Below, one piece after another: positions 25,005 through 38,811 of a DNA stretch of 64,000 nt (within the stretch, counting starts at the first letter, position 1; every line of letters begins with the position of its first letter). The DNA comes from Phyllobates terribilis (taxonomy: Eukaryota), in contig NW_027362770.1 of assembly GCF_046119375.1 (NCBI RefSeq), forward strand, positions 182,280,001 to 182,344,000, given 5' to 3'. A model generated the notes under the pieces. That model saw nothing but the letters and a program-made list of their open reading frames with translations, did no database searches and was not told where the DNA came from. The translations under genes and the position numbers were made by a program.

Positions 25005-26154
25005 TATGTCTCGTTCACGCAGACTGCTCACAGTTGCACCAGCAACATGGGGCCTGTTAAATGATGGCTCCTGGGACACTTTGGAGAAATTACCCTAACT
25101 CTGATGCCACCATCAAATCAATGTAATGCCAAATTAAAGTAACTAAATCTAAGTGTTAGTATATCTGAAATCAAGACTAGAGAAGTCCGGCAAGCATGCA
25201 TTAAGCCACCCCACATCATAATCACAGGGTAGGATTGGTGTGATGTTCTCTCATGAAGGCCTCTTCATGGCACAGCTCATATGGTTATCAGACTTATCAT
25301 AGGCTATCATTGCATCCAAGAGAAAAGAGGGACTCATCGCAAAAGAGGATAGATGTCCAATGCCGCCTGGATCTGCGCCATGATAGTCTTTGAGAGAAGT
25401 GGGGTAAGGTCAATGAAGCACCTTTAGGTGGATGTCTGGGTCTTAACCCAATGTCGTGAAAATATTTTCATGCGTTAGGCTTGGGGTGTGATCTCCAATT
25501 TCATTTGCAGCCCCGAATAGATCACCATGCACCATCCTTATAATTTGACAATCCATCCGTGCAGAGATTCGCCTCCTTTCAACCCTTGCTGTCATTCCAG
25601 TCCATCATTGATATCTCAACCAATGGAACATGCAACATTAAACAGAGAGGACATCTCAGTCTATGCAAGTAGCGACCAAAAGTGATAAACCAAGGTGCCT
25701 CAGTTCATGGATTGTGTCCCTCTCAGTTTGCGACAAATGGCACATCAATGAACAGGAACTATTGCAGAATCATCCCAAAAGACTTGGTATAAAGTTTGAG
25801 CTTTTATGTAGCTAAAAAAAATGGCCTTTATTTTGGCTTTTATGCTCCTCTCACACGCCACAGATTGGAGCTCGGTGTTTGAACATTTGATCACTTGCAG
25901 ATCTTAGCTACACCTGCTACTTCTTCATTTTGTATAACCTTACAGCTTGTCCTTCTTGGTGTTGCAATTCCAATGTTGAGGAGTGTATATAAATATATAT
26001 TTCCATTGGTAGTATTTTTGCCTAATTTTCTTTGAAATAGTTTGTACTTTCGCTATGTATGAAGCTTGGATCAAATGCCAATGTCTAATCAGTGAGCTTC
26101 AGTTTTGTACCAGCAAAATTATTATTTTGGGTTGCTTACATAGTGCCTTCATTT

Positions 26155-26366
26155 TCTGCAGTGCTTTACATACATTATCATTGCTGTCCCCAATGGGGCT
26201 CACAATCTCAATTCCCTACAGTATGTGTTTGAAGCCTGGGAGGAAACACATGCAAACACTGGGAGAATATACAAACTCCTTACAGACGTGGTCATTGGTG
26301 GCATTTGAACCCAGGACCCCAGCGCTGCAAAGCTGCGATGCTAACCACTGAGTCACCATGCTGCCC
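26155..26366 (-). mobile_element. tRNA-derived SINE
   Basis: A-box-like GGTGACTCAGTGGTTAG and B-box GGTTCAAAT on the minus strand, followed by a non-tRNA body. Confidence 0.7.
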
Positions 26367-26499
26367 TTGGTTCTGTTACCTATCTAGCATACCCACTAGA
26401 ACATGCTGCTATCCAAAATGAGAAGCAATACTGGCTTTGATGAGTTTCCTTATCCTTTCTGGAGTTGGCATTCTTGGAGGTATCTTTTTCTAGAAAACC

Positions 26500-27945
26500 T
26501 TGGACCTCACCTCCTGCTCCCTCTTCGGCCGCCTACAATCTGGTTTCTGACCGCACCATTCTACTGAAACTGCACTGACTAAAGACACCAACGACCTACT
26601 AACAGCCAAATCCAAGCGACTCTACTCTGTCCTCCTGGACCTGTCATCTGCCTTCGACAAAGTGGACCATTCCCTCTTACTCTAGACTCTCTTCTCATCT
26701 GTCGGCATCACAGACTTGGTCCTATCCTGGATCTCCTCATACCTAGCAGATTGGACATTCAGTGTCTCACACTCACACACCACCTCCTCATCTCGCCCCC
26801 TATCTGTCGGTGTCCCCCAAGGTTCAGTTCTAGGACCCCTACTCTTCTCCATCTACACCTTAGGCCTGGGACAGCTCATAGAGTCTCATGGCTTTCATTA
26901 TCACCTCTATGCCGACGACACACAGATCTACCTCTCTGCACCCGATCTCTCCTCCCTACTAACCAAAATCCCACAATGTCTGTCCGCTATTTCATCCTTC
27001 TTCTCTGCTAGATTTCTAAAACTTAACATGGACAAAACAGAATTCATCATCTTTCCGCCATCTCACTCAACCCTCCCAACTAACCTATCTATCAACGTCA
27101 ATGGCTGTTCAGTCTCCCCAGTCCCTCAAGCTCGCTGCCTTGGGGTAACCCTGGACTCTAAACTCTCCTTCAAACCACATATCCAAGCCCTTGCCATTTC
27201 CTGCCGACTCCAACTCAAAAATATCTCCCGGATCCGCACATTCCTCAACCACGAATCTGCAAAAACACTAGTGCCTTCCCTCATCATCTCCTGCCTTGAC
27301 TACTGCAACCTCCTGCTCTGTGGCCTCCCTACGAACAATCTTGCACCCCTTTAATCTATCCTAAACTCTGTTACCCAAATAATCCACCTGTCCCCCTGCT
27401 ATTCCCCGGCCTCTCCTCTCTGTGCTCAAAGGCTCCAGTTCAAAACCCTAACAATGGCATGCAAAGTCATTCACAACCTGTCTCCTCCATATATCTCTGA
27501 CCTAGTCTCCCGGTACATACCCGCACACAACCGCCGATCCTCACAAGATGTCCTTCTCTACTCCCCTCTTATCTCCTCCTCCCACAATCGCATACAAGAT
27601 TTCTCCCATGCATCCCCCCTACTCTGGAACTCTCTACCCCAACATATCAGACTCTCGCCGACCGTGGAAACCTTCAAAAGGAACCTGAAGACCCACCTCT
27701 TCCGACAAGCCTACAACCTGCATTAACCATCGCTCCACCATACCACTCCACGACCAGCTCTACCCTCACTTACTGTATCCTCACCCATCCCTTGTAGATT
27801 GTGAGCCCTCGCGGGCAGGGTCCTCGCTCCTCCTGTACCAGTCGCCGTCACGTTTTGTTCAAGATTACTGTAAATGTTTTTGTTATGTATACCCCTTTTT
27901 CACATGTAAAGCGCCATGGAATAAATGACGCAATAATAATAAATA
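26500..27945 (+). mobile_element. L2 LINE, 5'-truncated, with 3' UTR and tail
   Basis: [35 protein letters not shown] motifs; in-frame stops; tail CCATGGAATAAATGACGCAATAATAATAAATAA. Confidence 0.9.
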
Positions 27946-28399
27946 ATTTATATTCAACACTCTAAAGATATACGTCATCAAGAGAACTGTAGCAGCTTCC
28001 TCTAAAGAACATATTCTACTATTATAATATCAATCATCAGTTTTAAAATAGACAATCTCTTAAGTACGGGTTGGAGTTGCATGTCTTGGGCAACCAATCA
28101 TCAGGATGCCATTTTGTTATTTTTTTTTTACATTTTTAGATGACATCAAATTTATTATTATCAAAAAAAATTTACTTTGTGTTGTAAAGAGACTAGAAAA
28201 TGAGGAATGATGAAATGTGTAAAATGTTTTGGCGTAACTTATTACTGTACTTATACAACAGAAATATGACAAATTTGGTGCAATCCAAAAACACGCTTTA
28301 TAAAGAAAAGAATTGGGACATGTATTAATCACCGAATCCAGTCCCTTACCGTCTGCCTATATTTACATGTGTGACAGAATTTGTAAAGAGCTGATACTT

Positions 28400-29517
28400 G
28401 GCTAAGAAAAGTGTGTGGGAAGGTTCCCGGACACTCTATGGCTGCATTTTTAATGTGGACTGGCTCTGTACCATCCCTGGCCACATTAACCTGTCCACAT
28501 GTTTTTGGTTGGGTGGTCCTTCCCAGTAAGTGCATTCGGGAGGGCACGGATAAAGTTCTGAGACCCGTGCTTGTGGAAGGCGGAGACTACACCGGGAGAA
28601 ATAATGGCGGATGAGGACCGAGTATGGACACCCGGCCGTCGCCTTCATGAGACTAAAAGGTCACATTTCAAGTACAAGCAGCTGTGAAAAATTTGGCAGT
28701 ATAGTATGGCAGCCTGTGGGTGGGTGGCTGGCTGCATACTTGCGCTTGCATTCCAAGGAATTGGGTAGGGACAACTGAAAGCTTCGCTGGAACAAGGACA
28801 TGGACGGTGATTTTTGCAAGTCTGCAATGACAGGTGCATGGTGGGAGGCATCTTCGCATGCGCCAAGGATCACTTATGATAGGCACACTTTTAGGCAGTG
28901 ACCTGGGAGTCAGAGATTCTTCCAGGGGTCATCCCCATGCTGTTCCTATGTCTTTTCAGCTCTGTATGCATGTGTCACACAACACATGGCCAGATAAGGT
29001 TGTGAAATGTTAAAATGACATTTCCCAGTGAATGAATTTGTCTTGGTTGAAAGCAATGCAAAAGTGCAAAAACGCATCAAAAACGCTACGTGTGAACATA
29101 GCCCAAGGTGTGGAGGTGCATTTTTATTTTTGTTCATTTATTTTGCCTTATATACAAGTCATTACCTTGGAAAGGGTGTTCCTTAACATATTTCCCAGAA
29201 AAATCCATTTTGGTTTAATTTTTGCATGTTTTATTGTGAGTCCGTAAAAGTGGCGTAATACCTCTGACAACATTGTTGACAGCAGTGATCTGGGTGTCCG
29301 AAATGCTTCCAGGGGTCTTCCCCCTGCTGATCCCAGGTCATTTGAGCACTCTTCCCATCAATTTGGGCAATTTTTAGGCCCTCTGCAGACCGCCGGAAAA
29401 ATGCTAGTTTCCCATAGACTTACATTGGTCTCGTTACTCGGTCCTAGCACTCAAGCATTCCAATTTGCTCGACCCGAACGACGAGTACCCGAGCATTTTA
29501 GTGCTCGCTCATCACTA
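28400..29517 (-). mobile_element. hAT element with degenerate transposase remnant
   Basis: TIR TAGTGATGAGCG at 29517; frameshifted fragments QLSLPNSLECKRKYAASHP...LLVLEM and RHYFSRC resemble ZBED/hAT transposase N-terminal blocks (recognised from memory, not aligned). Confidence 0.55.
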
Positions 29518-31863
29518 ATAACAACCTATTCTTACAACCTTTTACTTGTAGGACGCCTGTAAGGAATAAACAATATTAAAACAATCAGCATCTCTTCAGC
29601 TGGAGTTTTTCGCACGTCTTCAATCAGATGTCTCTCACTAGGCTTTAACAGTTCTTTTTTTCTACAAAGTCTTTTAAGGAAAATCAATAATAAAACAAAA
29701 ATAAATAATAATAATGTTTAACAAAACAGGCACAGTAATGTCAGTCTCTTCAGTAGCATAATTCAGCACAGATTAGATCTTTTCGCAGCACACTTCAATG
29801 CATACACAACCACCGGCTTTTCCTTCACAAGCACTCAATAATACACAGCATTCTTTATCCTGCATGGAGATGGAGGTGGGAGGGTTTGATGAGGGAGAAG
29901 ATCCCTATGACATGATTCCTTCCAGTCCTTATCTTCCTGCCCGATAATACTCCACACTGTTAGCTCAGGGAGTTTATCTAACCTGTGTTTAGCTTCCCTC
30001 CTGACTTGAATTCGAATTCAGTTCCCTTGAAATACAGATCACACACCCACTTTCTCTTCGGTTCCAGCCAGACAGTAAACAACTTCCCAACAATCCCCCT
30101 GGGGCTTTGCTAAAACACTCCCTGTCTCCTGTGACTGTGTTAACGTGTAGCCCTCTAGTTGCTGGATGCATTTGGAGCACAACACTTCCTGTCTCCTGTG
30201 CTTGTTAATTCTAATAGTTGTTGGATGCTTTTGAAGCAACAGCACTACTTCTGCATGTCACAATAGTGTCCTCTACCCCACTCCATCATAGTGTCCTCTG
30301 CCCCACATCCATCATAGTGTCCTCTGCCCCACATCCATCATAGTGTCCTCTGCCCCACACCCATCAGAGTGTCCTCTCCCCCACATCCATCAGAGTGTTC
30401 TCTCCCCCATATTGTCTTCTTTCTGTGTACTGGGAAAAAAATAAACACTTACCTCTCCGTCTCCAGAGCCTCGGGCTCCGAGCAACAGGCCAGATTTCCC
30501 TCATTATTACAGCCCTGAAAGGGTCCCCCTCCATCTCCGCTGCACCGGCGGTATGTCTGCTCCTGGCCGTGCATATCCATGTCATAAATGTCTGAGAAAT
30601 TCCCCTTCACTGTGAACCTATCAGCATGTTTTCTACATATGTTTTGTATCGCCACATCTGTAACTGTAATGTTAAAAAAGCTGAAAAGGAAAAAAATAAA
30701 ATGGCAGAATTTCTGTTTTTTGTTTCCTGGACTTCCTAAAAAAAATACTATTAAAGGCAATCATAACTTCTCATGGATTTCACCAAAATATCAATAAAAA
30801 CTGCAGCTCAGTGCACAAAAAACCTCTCACACAGGTTCATTAATATAAAAATGTGACCTGTCTCAGAAAGTAGCGACACAAAATGAATTTTTATTTTCAC
30901 AAAATTCTGAATTTTCTTAATTACTAAAATATAAAAATATCTTGGAAGTTCGGTCAAACACTACCACAGTCTTATGTTGCCAGATCATCTTTACCGCACA
31001 ACGAACACCTTAAAAAATAAAACCCAAATAACAATGTAGGTCGTCCCTTTGGATCCCCCCCCCCCTTTTTCAGTACATTTATTATATGGTAAAATTAATG
31101 GTGTCGCTTAAAACTACAGCTGGTGTCTCAAAAAACAAGTCCTCACACGGATATGGTGATAGAAAAATTACACAGTTTTGGCTCCTAGAAGAAGGAATAG
31201 AGAAAACGAAGTAAGGGAGGGGATATGTACAAAATCCCTACCTTGCCAAATCCACAGGTCAAGACAAATTAGCATATAAGGTGGATATAAAACTTAACTT
31301 TTACTATCAAAAGATAAAAACTGACAATCCTCAATATGAAATATTGACAGTACACATAATAAATACATAGAACCCATAAAACTGAGAAAATTGCCCGTGT
31401 CCCTGTATGGGATCATAAACTGACAATGGTCAGAAAAAATGGCGTCAGCAAATACTAAAAAAAGTTACGTTTTATATCCACTTTATATGCTAATTTCTCT
31501 TAGAAGAAGGGAATTAAAATGAAACTACAAAAATGTAAAAACCTCCCCGTCATGATGTGGACTGTGCCCCCCAGGAGTCCTGCGCTCAGTTGGGGTATAC
31601 AGGGAGCACGGCACAGTAGTGGCAGAGATCCATAGATCCTATTGTAAATACGTGTCCGATTTGCTGCGGTGAACCTGAGATTTATAAACAGCAGTAACAT
31701 AACCAAGCCTAGAACATGGATCTGGTAGTGGAACCAAACTGCAAAAATAAGACTCTGATCACATTTGTATCTGTGATTTGTCAGAAGCCTCCAACACCTC
31801 CAACACATACATGAAGGTGTCCACTGACACATGTAACTGAGTGTATAGCAGCTTCATCCAGCA

Positions 31864-31927
31864 GACACTAGATGGCGCTGTGATTTCCGGTGACGTCACC
31901 GCTCCTGCAGCCTCTAGTCATTAATAG
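31864..31927 (+). promoter_or_regulatory. 7SL copy 2 upstream promoter
   Basis: ACACTAGATGGCGCTG at 31865-31880, TGACGTCA at 31891-31898 (-51 to -44), ATTAATA at 31920-31926. Confidence 0.7.
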
Positions 31928-31941
31928 CAGCGCTCAGCATT

Positions 31942-32241
31942 GCCGGGTGCGGTGGCGCGTGCCTGTAATCCCAGCTACTTGGGAGGCTGAGGCTGGTGGA
32001 TCGCTTCAGTCCAGGAGTTCTGCGCTGCCCTGTGCTATGTCGATCGGGTGTCCGCACTAAGTTCAGCATCAATATGGTGACTCTGGGGGAGCTCAGAGCT
32101 ACCAGGTTGCTCTAATGAGGGGTGAACCGGCCCAGGTCGGAAACGGAGCAGGTCAAAACCCCCATGCTGATCAGTAGTGGGACCGCGCCTGTGAATAGCC
32201 AGTGTAGAGCAACCTGGACAACACAGCGTGACACAGACTTT
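31942..32241 (+). ncRNA. RN7SL: 7SL / SRP RNA gene, copy 2
   Basis: 300 nt, complete Alu and S domains, helix 8 intact; roughly eight substitutions relative to copy 1. Confidence 0.95.
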
Positions 32242-32709
32242 ATATACAAATAGCAAATTAGAATTTTATATCGGGAGATCATTATTAACCCTCAGTTACA
32301 TCTGGAACAAATATTATTAGATTGTTGGTTTGAAGATGAAAATAATGCAAAACTATGGAAAATACATATATTTATATATACATCCGTGTATTTGTACTTT
32401 CTCACTATTTCCCCAGATTCTGCTTTTCAGTCTCCTGATCTCTCTGTGACACTGAGCGCTACTGACACCTACTGGCAGAACTAAGAAAATGCTTCCATCT
32501 GTTGTGCAGTACTGGGTGTTACCAGCAGAGGCCGCTCCAGCTCTAAATCTTCAGGACAGAACATGAATCACTGATACTCAGCAATTCCCGTTATAATAAG
32601 ATTACGGTGAAGCCGTCACCAGACAATGATCTATGTATAAATCAGGTTTTTCTTTGTTCAATGTTTTTTTTCCATATAACAATCTGTATTAAAAATAAAA
32701 AGTAATATT

Positions 32710-33110
32710 ACTATTATTATTTATGTTTAGAGCACCAGTAATTCCATGGTGCTGTACATGAGAAGGGGTTACATACAGGATGCAAGTATTAAACACGGTG
32801 AACAAACTAACAATGACAGACTGGTACAGAAAGGAGAGGACCCTGCCCTTGGGGGCTTACAGTATACAGGATAGTGGGGAAGGAGACAGTCGGGTAGGGG
32901 GTTGCGGCAGCTCCGGTGGTGGTGAGGTGGCAGCGGGGTCATTGCAGGCTGTAGCCGTCCTGAAGAGGTGGGATTTCAAGTTCCGTCTGAAGGGTCTGAG
33001 TGTGGCAGATAGTGATGTGTGGGGGGGGCACAGAATTCCAGAGGATGGGGGACACTCGGGAGAAGTCTTGGAGGCAATTGGGTGAGGAACGTATGAGTGT
33101 GGAGGCTGGG
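32710..33110 (-). mobile_element. L2 3' fragment
   Basis: L2 tail and ...CAAGACTTCTCCCGAGTGTCCCCCATCCTCTGGAATTC...; inverted counterparts at about 49740-50100 and 63700-64000. Confidence 0.75.
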
Positions 33111-34301
33111 CCCTTAGATAAAGCCGACATATACTGGCGAAACATGTCTCAGGTTTTAGGGATAGCCAGCCTAAACTGAGTTAGGTCAAGTATATAGATA
33201 TGGAAGGAACTTCTTCCTCGACAGCCCTTTGGCAGACACACACTGTCGTTATTCAGATCATACAGGCAAATGCAAGTTATGTTTGACGCAATGAATAAAT
33301 ACCGCCGTGCACACTGTAAATCAATGAGTGCAGCGTCTCCTGTGAAACATTCATGTGGTCTGCCGCATACTGACATTGCGCTTCAATGACAGCCTGTATA
33401 ATCCCCTCTGGTGATATCTGACTGTGTGCAGCGTTATCCACGGTAGGAGCTGTGCTAATACACCGCTGCACCCGCTCCTATCCACAAGGACAGCGGCTCC
33501 ACTAACACGTGAGACGCCGCTTGCATTTAGTTCTTCATACAGTGATTACTTCAGCACAGTCATTTCTAACAGAGCAGGCAGCTAAATAGAATAATATAGG
33601 GAATCCCTATAGCGACCTCTAGTGGTTGGAAGGGGAATTACATCTTTAAGTTAACATAAGTGCTCTGATCCTTATGCATAAACGGATTCCTACTTTGTGC
33701 TCAGATCATTACAGGTAGAGGTAGTTTAAATTTATTAGGATTATTAACCCATAATGGTGTGTTCTGGTTAATTACTGAAATATAATGAAAAACAATTACA
33801 ATAATGTCAGTTTTAATTTGCGTTATTAAAAAGTAATAAACATCACAAATCAGCAAATAACAGACATATTTGGTGTCTCTGTAATCCTAACGATCAACAA
33901 CACAACACAGTGATCAGATTATTTACGGGGATTGGTAAATGGGTTTAAAAAACTGGCGTGATTGATATTTTTTCTATATTAAACCCATAAAAAATGTAAT
34001 AAAATGTAACGCTGAGGCCGTGTTCAAGCGCAGGGCTGCCATCAGCACATTACTGCCCTTACTAGTGTATGGGGCCCAGTGAGCAGAAACAAAGAGGAGG
34101 TACTCGGACCACAGAGCTCCTGTGCATAATATGGAGGGTAATAACATGTGGCCGTATACAGCGCTATATGGAGGGTAATAACATCATGTGGTCGTATACA
34201 GCGCTATATGGAGGGTAATAACATCATGTGGCCGTATACAGCGCTATATGGAGGATAATATCATGTGGCCGTTTACAGCGCTATATGGAGGTATTATAGA
34301 G

Positions 34302-34367
34302 TGCCCGGGATGAGCGGGTCTTGGCTTTAGCACAGACCTTCCCTCCTTGTTTGCCGCATCCAGACAT
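34302..34367 (-). pseudogene. H2A: H2A 5' fragment (22 codons)
   Basis: [22 protein letters not shown] then minisatellite; R3C and R11C are CpG transitions. Confidence 0.88.
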
Positions 34368-35079
<712 letters not shown>

Positions 35080-36681
35080 TCTGCTCCAAGCTCTGTACCC
35101 ACAACCCAAAGGCTCTTCTAAGAGCCACCCACCCCGTCTACATCAGAGCTGTGGCTGCTTGTCCGTGTCTTGCTCCTCTCCCTGGGGAACATGAGGCTGC
35201 ACTGACTGGTACCTCGTGTGTTAGCAGGAGGGCCATTTTGGGTCAATACTTCCAGCCATAGAGGGCAGGAAGGGTTTAGAGGATGATAGATGGGGAGGAT
35301 GAGTTATATTGGGATGTGGAACATTGGGATAAGTCTGATAATAGAGGAGCAGGTGCTGGCAGCCATAGATACTCGCTCACCCTTCACTAGCAGCAGGGGT
35401 CTGATATAGAATTAAAAAGTCACTTTTAACAGATTATTTTAACACTGCAGCTAAACCAACAATAATCTAAACAGACACAAAACCTGCATATAAAGTGCAA
35501 AAGTCAATAATAAACCATAGTACAGTCTCACCAGTTGTAGTCCTCTGAAGAGGCTGTCCATATAAACCCTGTCGTGTCCTGACAAGGACTTTACCCAAAT
35601 GTGGTCTATCCTGCTTGTAATGTCTCCATACAAACCCGAGACATCACTAGCGGGATAGACCGCACTTTGGTTCTGTCCTTGTCCGGACGGGAGACCTGCT
35701 CGGGGCACTACAGGGAAATTAGGGAGCCCTCGTATCCATGCCCCTCCTGATTATATGGACGGCCTCTTCACAACTCTACAAGTGGTGACAGTACCATTTT
35801 TATTATTGCACTGGTTGACTTTTGCACTATATGTTTTGTATCTGTTTAGATATCTATCTGTTGGTTTAGCTGCAGTTATAAAATTCTCTATTAAAAGTTA
35901 CTTTTTATATATCGGATCCCTGGTGCTAGTGATTTACCTTGATGGGATCATTGTGCCCCTTGTGGGTTATTGCTGTTTCTATAGTTCACCCCTCACTCGT
36001 GGAATCCTGTTCTCTCCCAGAACACTGGGTCCTAGTGCCCTCTGTTTCCATTGTTCTGCTGCCAATAGATGGAGATGGGCTGTTAACTCTTTCAGTGCTC
36101 GGCACGTTTCCAGCACTTTCTCGCTGATCCTCCTCTGATGTTACACACCTTTTGCTCCGCAGACTGGTGAAGGCACCTGGTCAATAAGCTCCTAAAGATT
36201 GATCGATTTTTAGGTCTGAATCTCACATTGTGATTAATGGAGAAGCCGATCACTTGTTTATCGCAGCAGGAGCTGAAACAGATAAATGTGCAAAGAACAA
36301 TATGGAGGGTATACAGGAGTATATGGAGGGTATACAGCTCTATATGGAGGAATACAGGAGTATATAGAGGGTATACAACAGGGTATGGAGTGTACACTGC
36401 ACTATATGGAGGGTATATAGGGGTATACAGCAGGATATGGGGGATATATAGCAGTATATGGAGGGTATACAGCACTATATGGGGAACTGTATATGGAGTT
36501 TATACAGCGCTCTATAGGGGTATACAGCAGGATATGGAGCTTATACATCACTGGATGGAGGAGAGTATATAACTCTATAGACCTCACAGTGAGTTATTTC
36601 CAGGTGTCACAGTGTAATTCCTCCGAGCAGGATGTCACCAGAGAGGAATCAGGGCTGTGACTATTTCCACCATCACAGTAG

Positions 36682-37321
<640 letters not shown>

Positions 37322-37325
37322 TCTA

Positions 37326-37557
37326 TATGTGTACAAGGTGCTGAAGCAGGTCCACCCCGACATCTCCTCCAAGGCCATGGGCTTCATGAACTCCTTCATC
37401 AATGACATCTTTGAGCGCATTGCAGGGGAAGCCTCCCGCCTGGCTCACTCCAACAAGCGCTCCACCATCACCCCCCGAGAGATCCAGACCGCTGTGCGCC
37501 TGCTGCTGCCCGGAGAGCTGGCCAAGCACGCCGTGTCCAAGGGCACAAAGAGCCACC
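37326..37557 (+). pseudogene. H2B: H2B histone-fold fragment, copy A
   Basis: Starts at Y40; T52-G53 deleted; I61F, V66I, Y83S, S91P, E113K; a deletion joins T115/K116 to the 3' arm of the stem-loop (AAGAGCCACC). Confidence 0.9.
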
Positions 37558-38811
37558 AACCACATCTACCCCAGAGCTATGGCTGTTTGTGTCCCGCCGA
37601 GTAGCGTAGCTACTGGGGGGTGGAAGAGGGTGCGGCAGCCCCGGGCCCCCGCCCTCTGAAGGGTCCACCCGGAGCTACGCTATGTTTAACTCTATCAGCC
37701 TGCGCCGATACAGTTAAACTCTGCGGCAGAGCAAGGAGACATGATCTGCATTATACTGAATGGGGTGCATAATACTTAATGAATTAGACTACATAGGGTT
37801 GCATTATACTATATCGGCTATGGGGTGCATTATGCTGTATGGGCTATAGGATGCAATTATACAGTATGAAGGTTTGTGTGGGGTCCATCCTGCTGTATGG
37901 AGAGGTGGTGGGGGTCACAGTTGGCATCACTACACTTTTACAGGGCAGTTGAGGGGTGGGGTACAGTAGGGCCATATATTTTACAAATGCAATGAAAGGG
38001 GAATCTAAGGCTCCAGTAGGAGCAAAATTAGAGGGCGCAGTAATGGGGACACATATGGCAGCAGCCTATCAGTATTGGGGTAGCAGCAGGATAAGGCGTT
38101 TGTGCTGGTTGGGGATAATTGTGCCTGAAATGTGAGAAGTCATATGTATCTTTGTTGTAATCTTTGCAGCCGAGTCTTGGCTGGAAGAAGTTGCCATGTC
38201 GTTCTGGGCCAGATGGAAAAGACGGGAAAAGTGAATGACTCTACCAGAAAGAAGGTCATCTGTAAGTCACCATCTATAACTGTACTGTGATCTTACATGT
38301 TCTACAGGACTGGTATCTACCACTATATGGTCACTATATCATGGTAATATCATTGTTGGTCTTTGAATAGAGATTTCTTTTAGTAACAGCGCTGTCGTCT
38401 GCTGAGGTTCTCCTATATCCACTATTGGTATTTGGTCAGTATTCAGTCAGTATTTTTTCTCAGGAGTGGGAGACAAAACCAGAAGAGGAACAATCAGATT
38501 AAAGATATGATAGAAACAAGTCACCAATTCTGCATTTATCATCCACTCCTGGTTTTGGCTCCCACTCCTGAGAAAAAATACTGACCAAATACTGATAGTG
38601 GGGCCGTGGCCTTAGGGTGAGCCACCATAGCTGTAATCAGGATTACCTGGAGGGGCCCACTCGGAAGTTTCGCCCCTCCTGACCCAAACCCCTAGCTACG
38701 AGGGCATTACTGGCCTTGCTGGTGTATGGGGCCTGGTGAGCAGAAGAAAAGAGTGGAGGCCAAGGACCCCGCTCTTTTGCCTCTGCTCACCGGACCCCAG
38801 GGAATAAAAAT

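Noticed and set aside
25010-26050. Possible degraded retroelement sequence
   Set aside because: No motif could be recognised in any frame; needs a RepeatMasker or tBLASTx search.
33149-33560. Coding-like stretch (EGIIQAVIEAQCQYAADH) between 7SL and H2A
   Set aside because: No recognisable domain, splice context or long ORF; cannot support a call.
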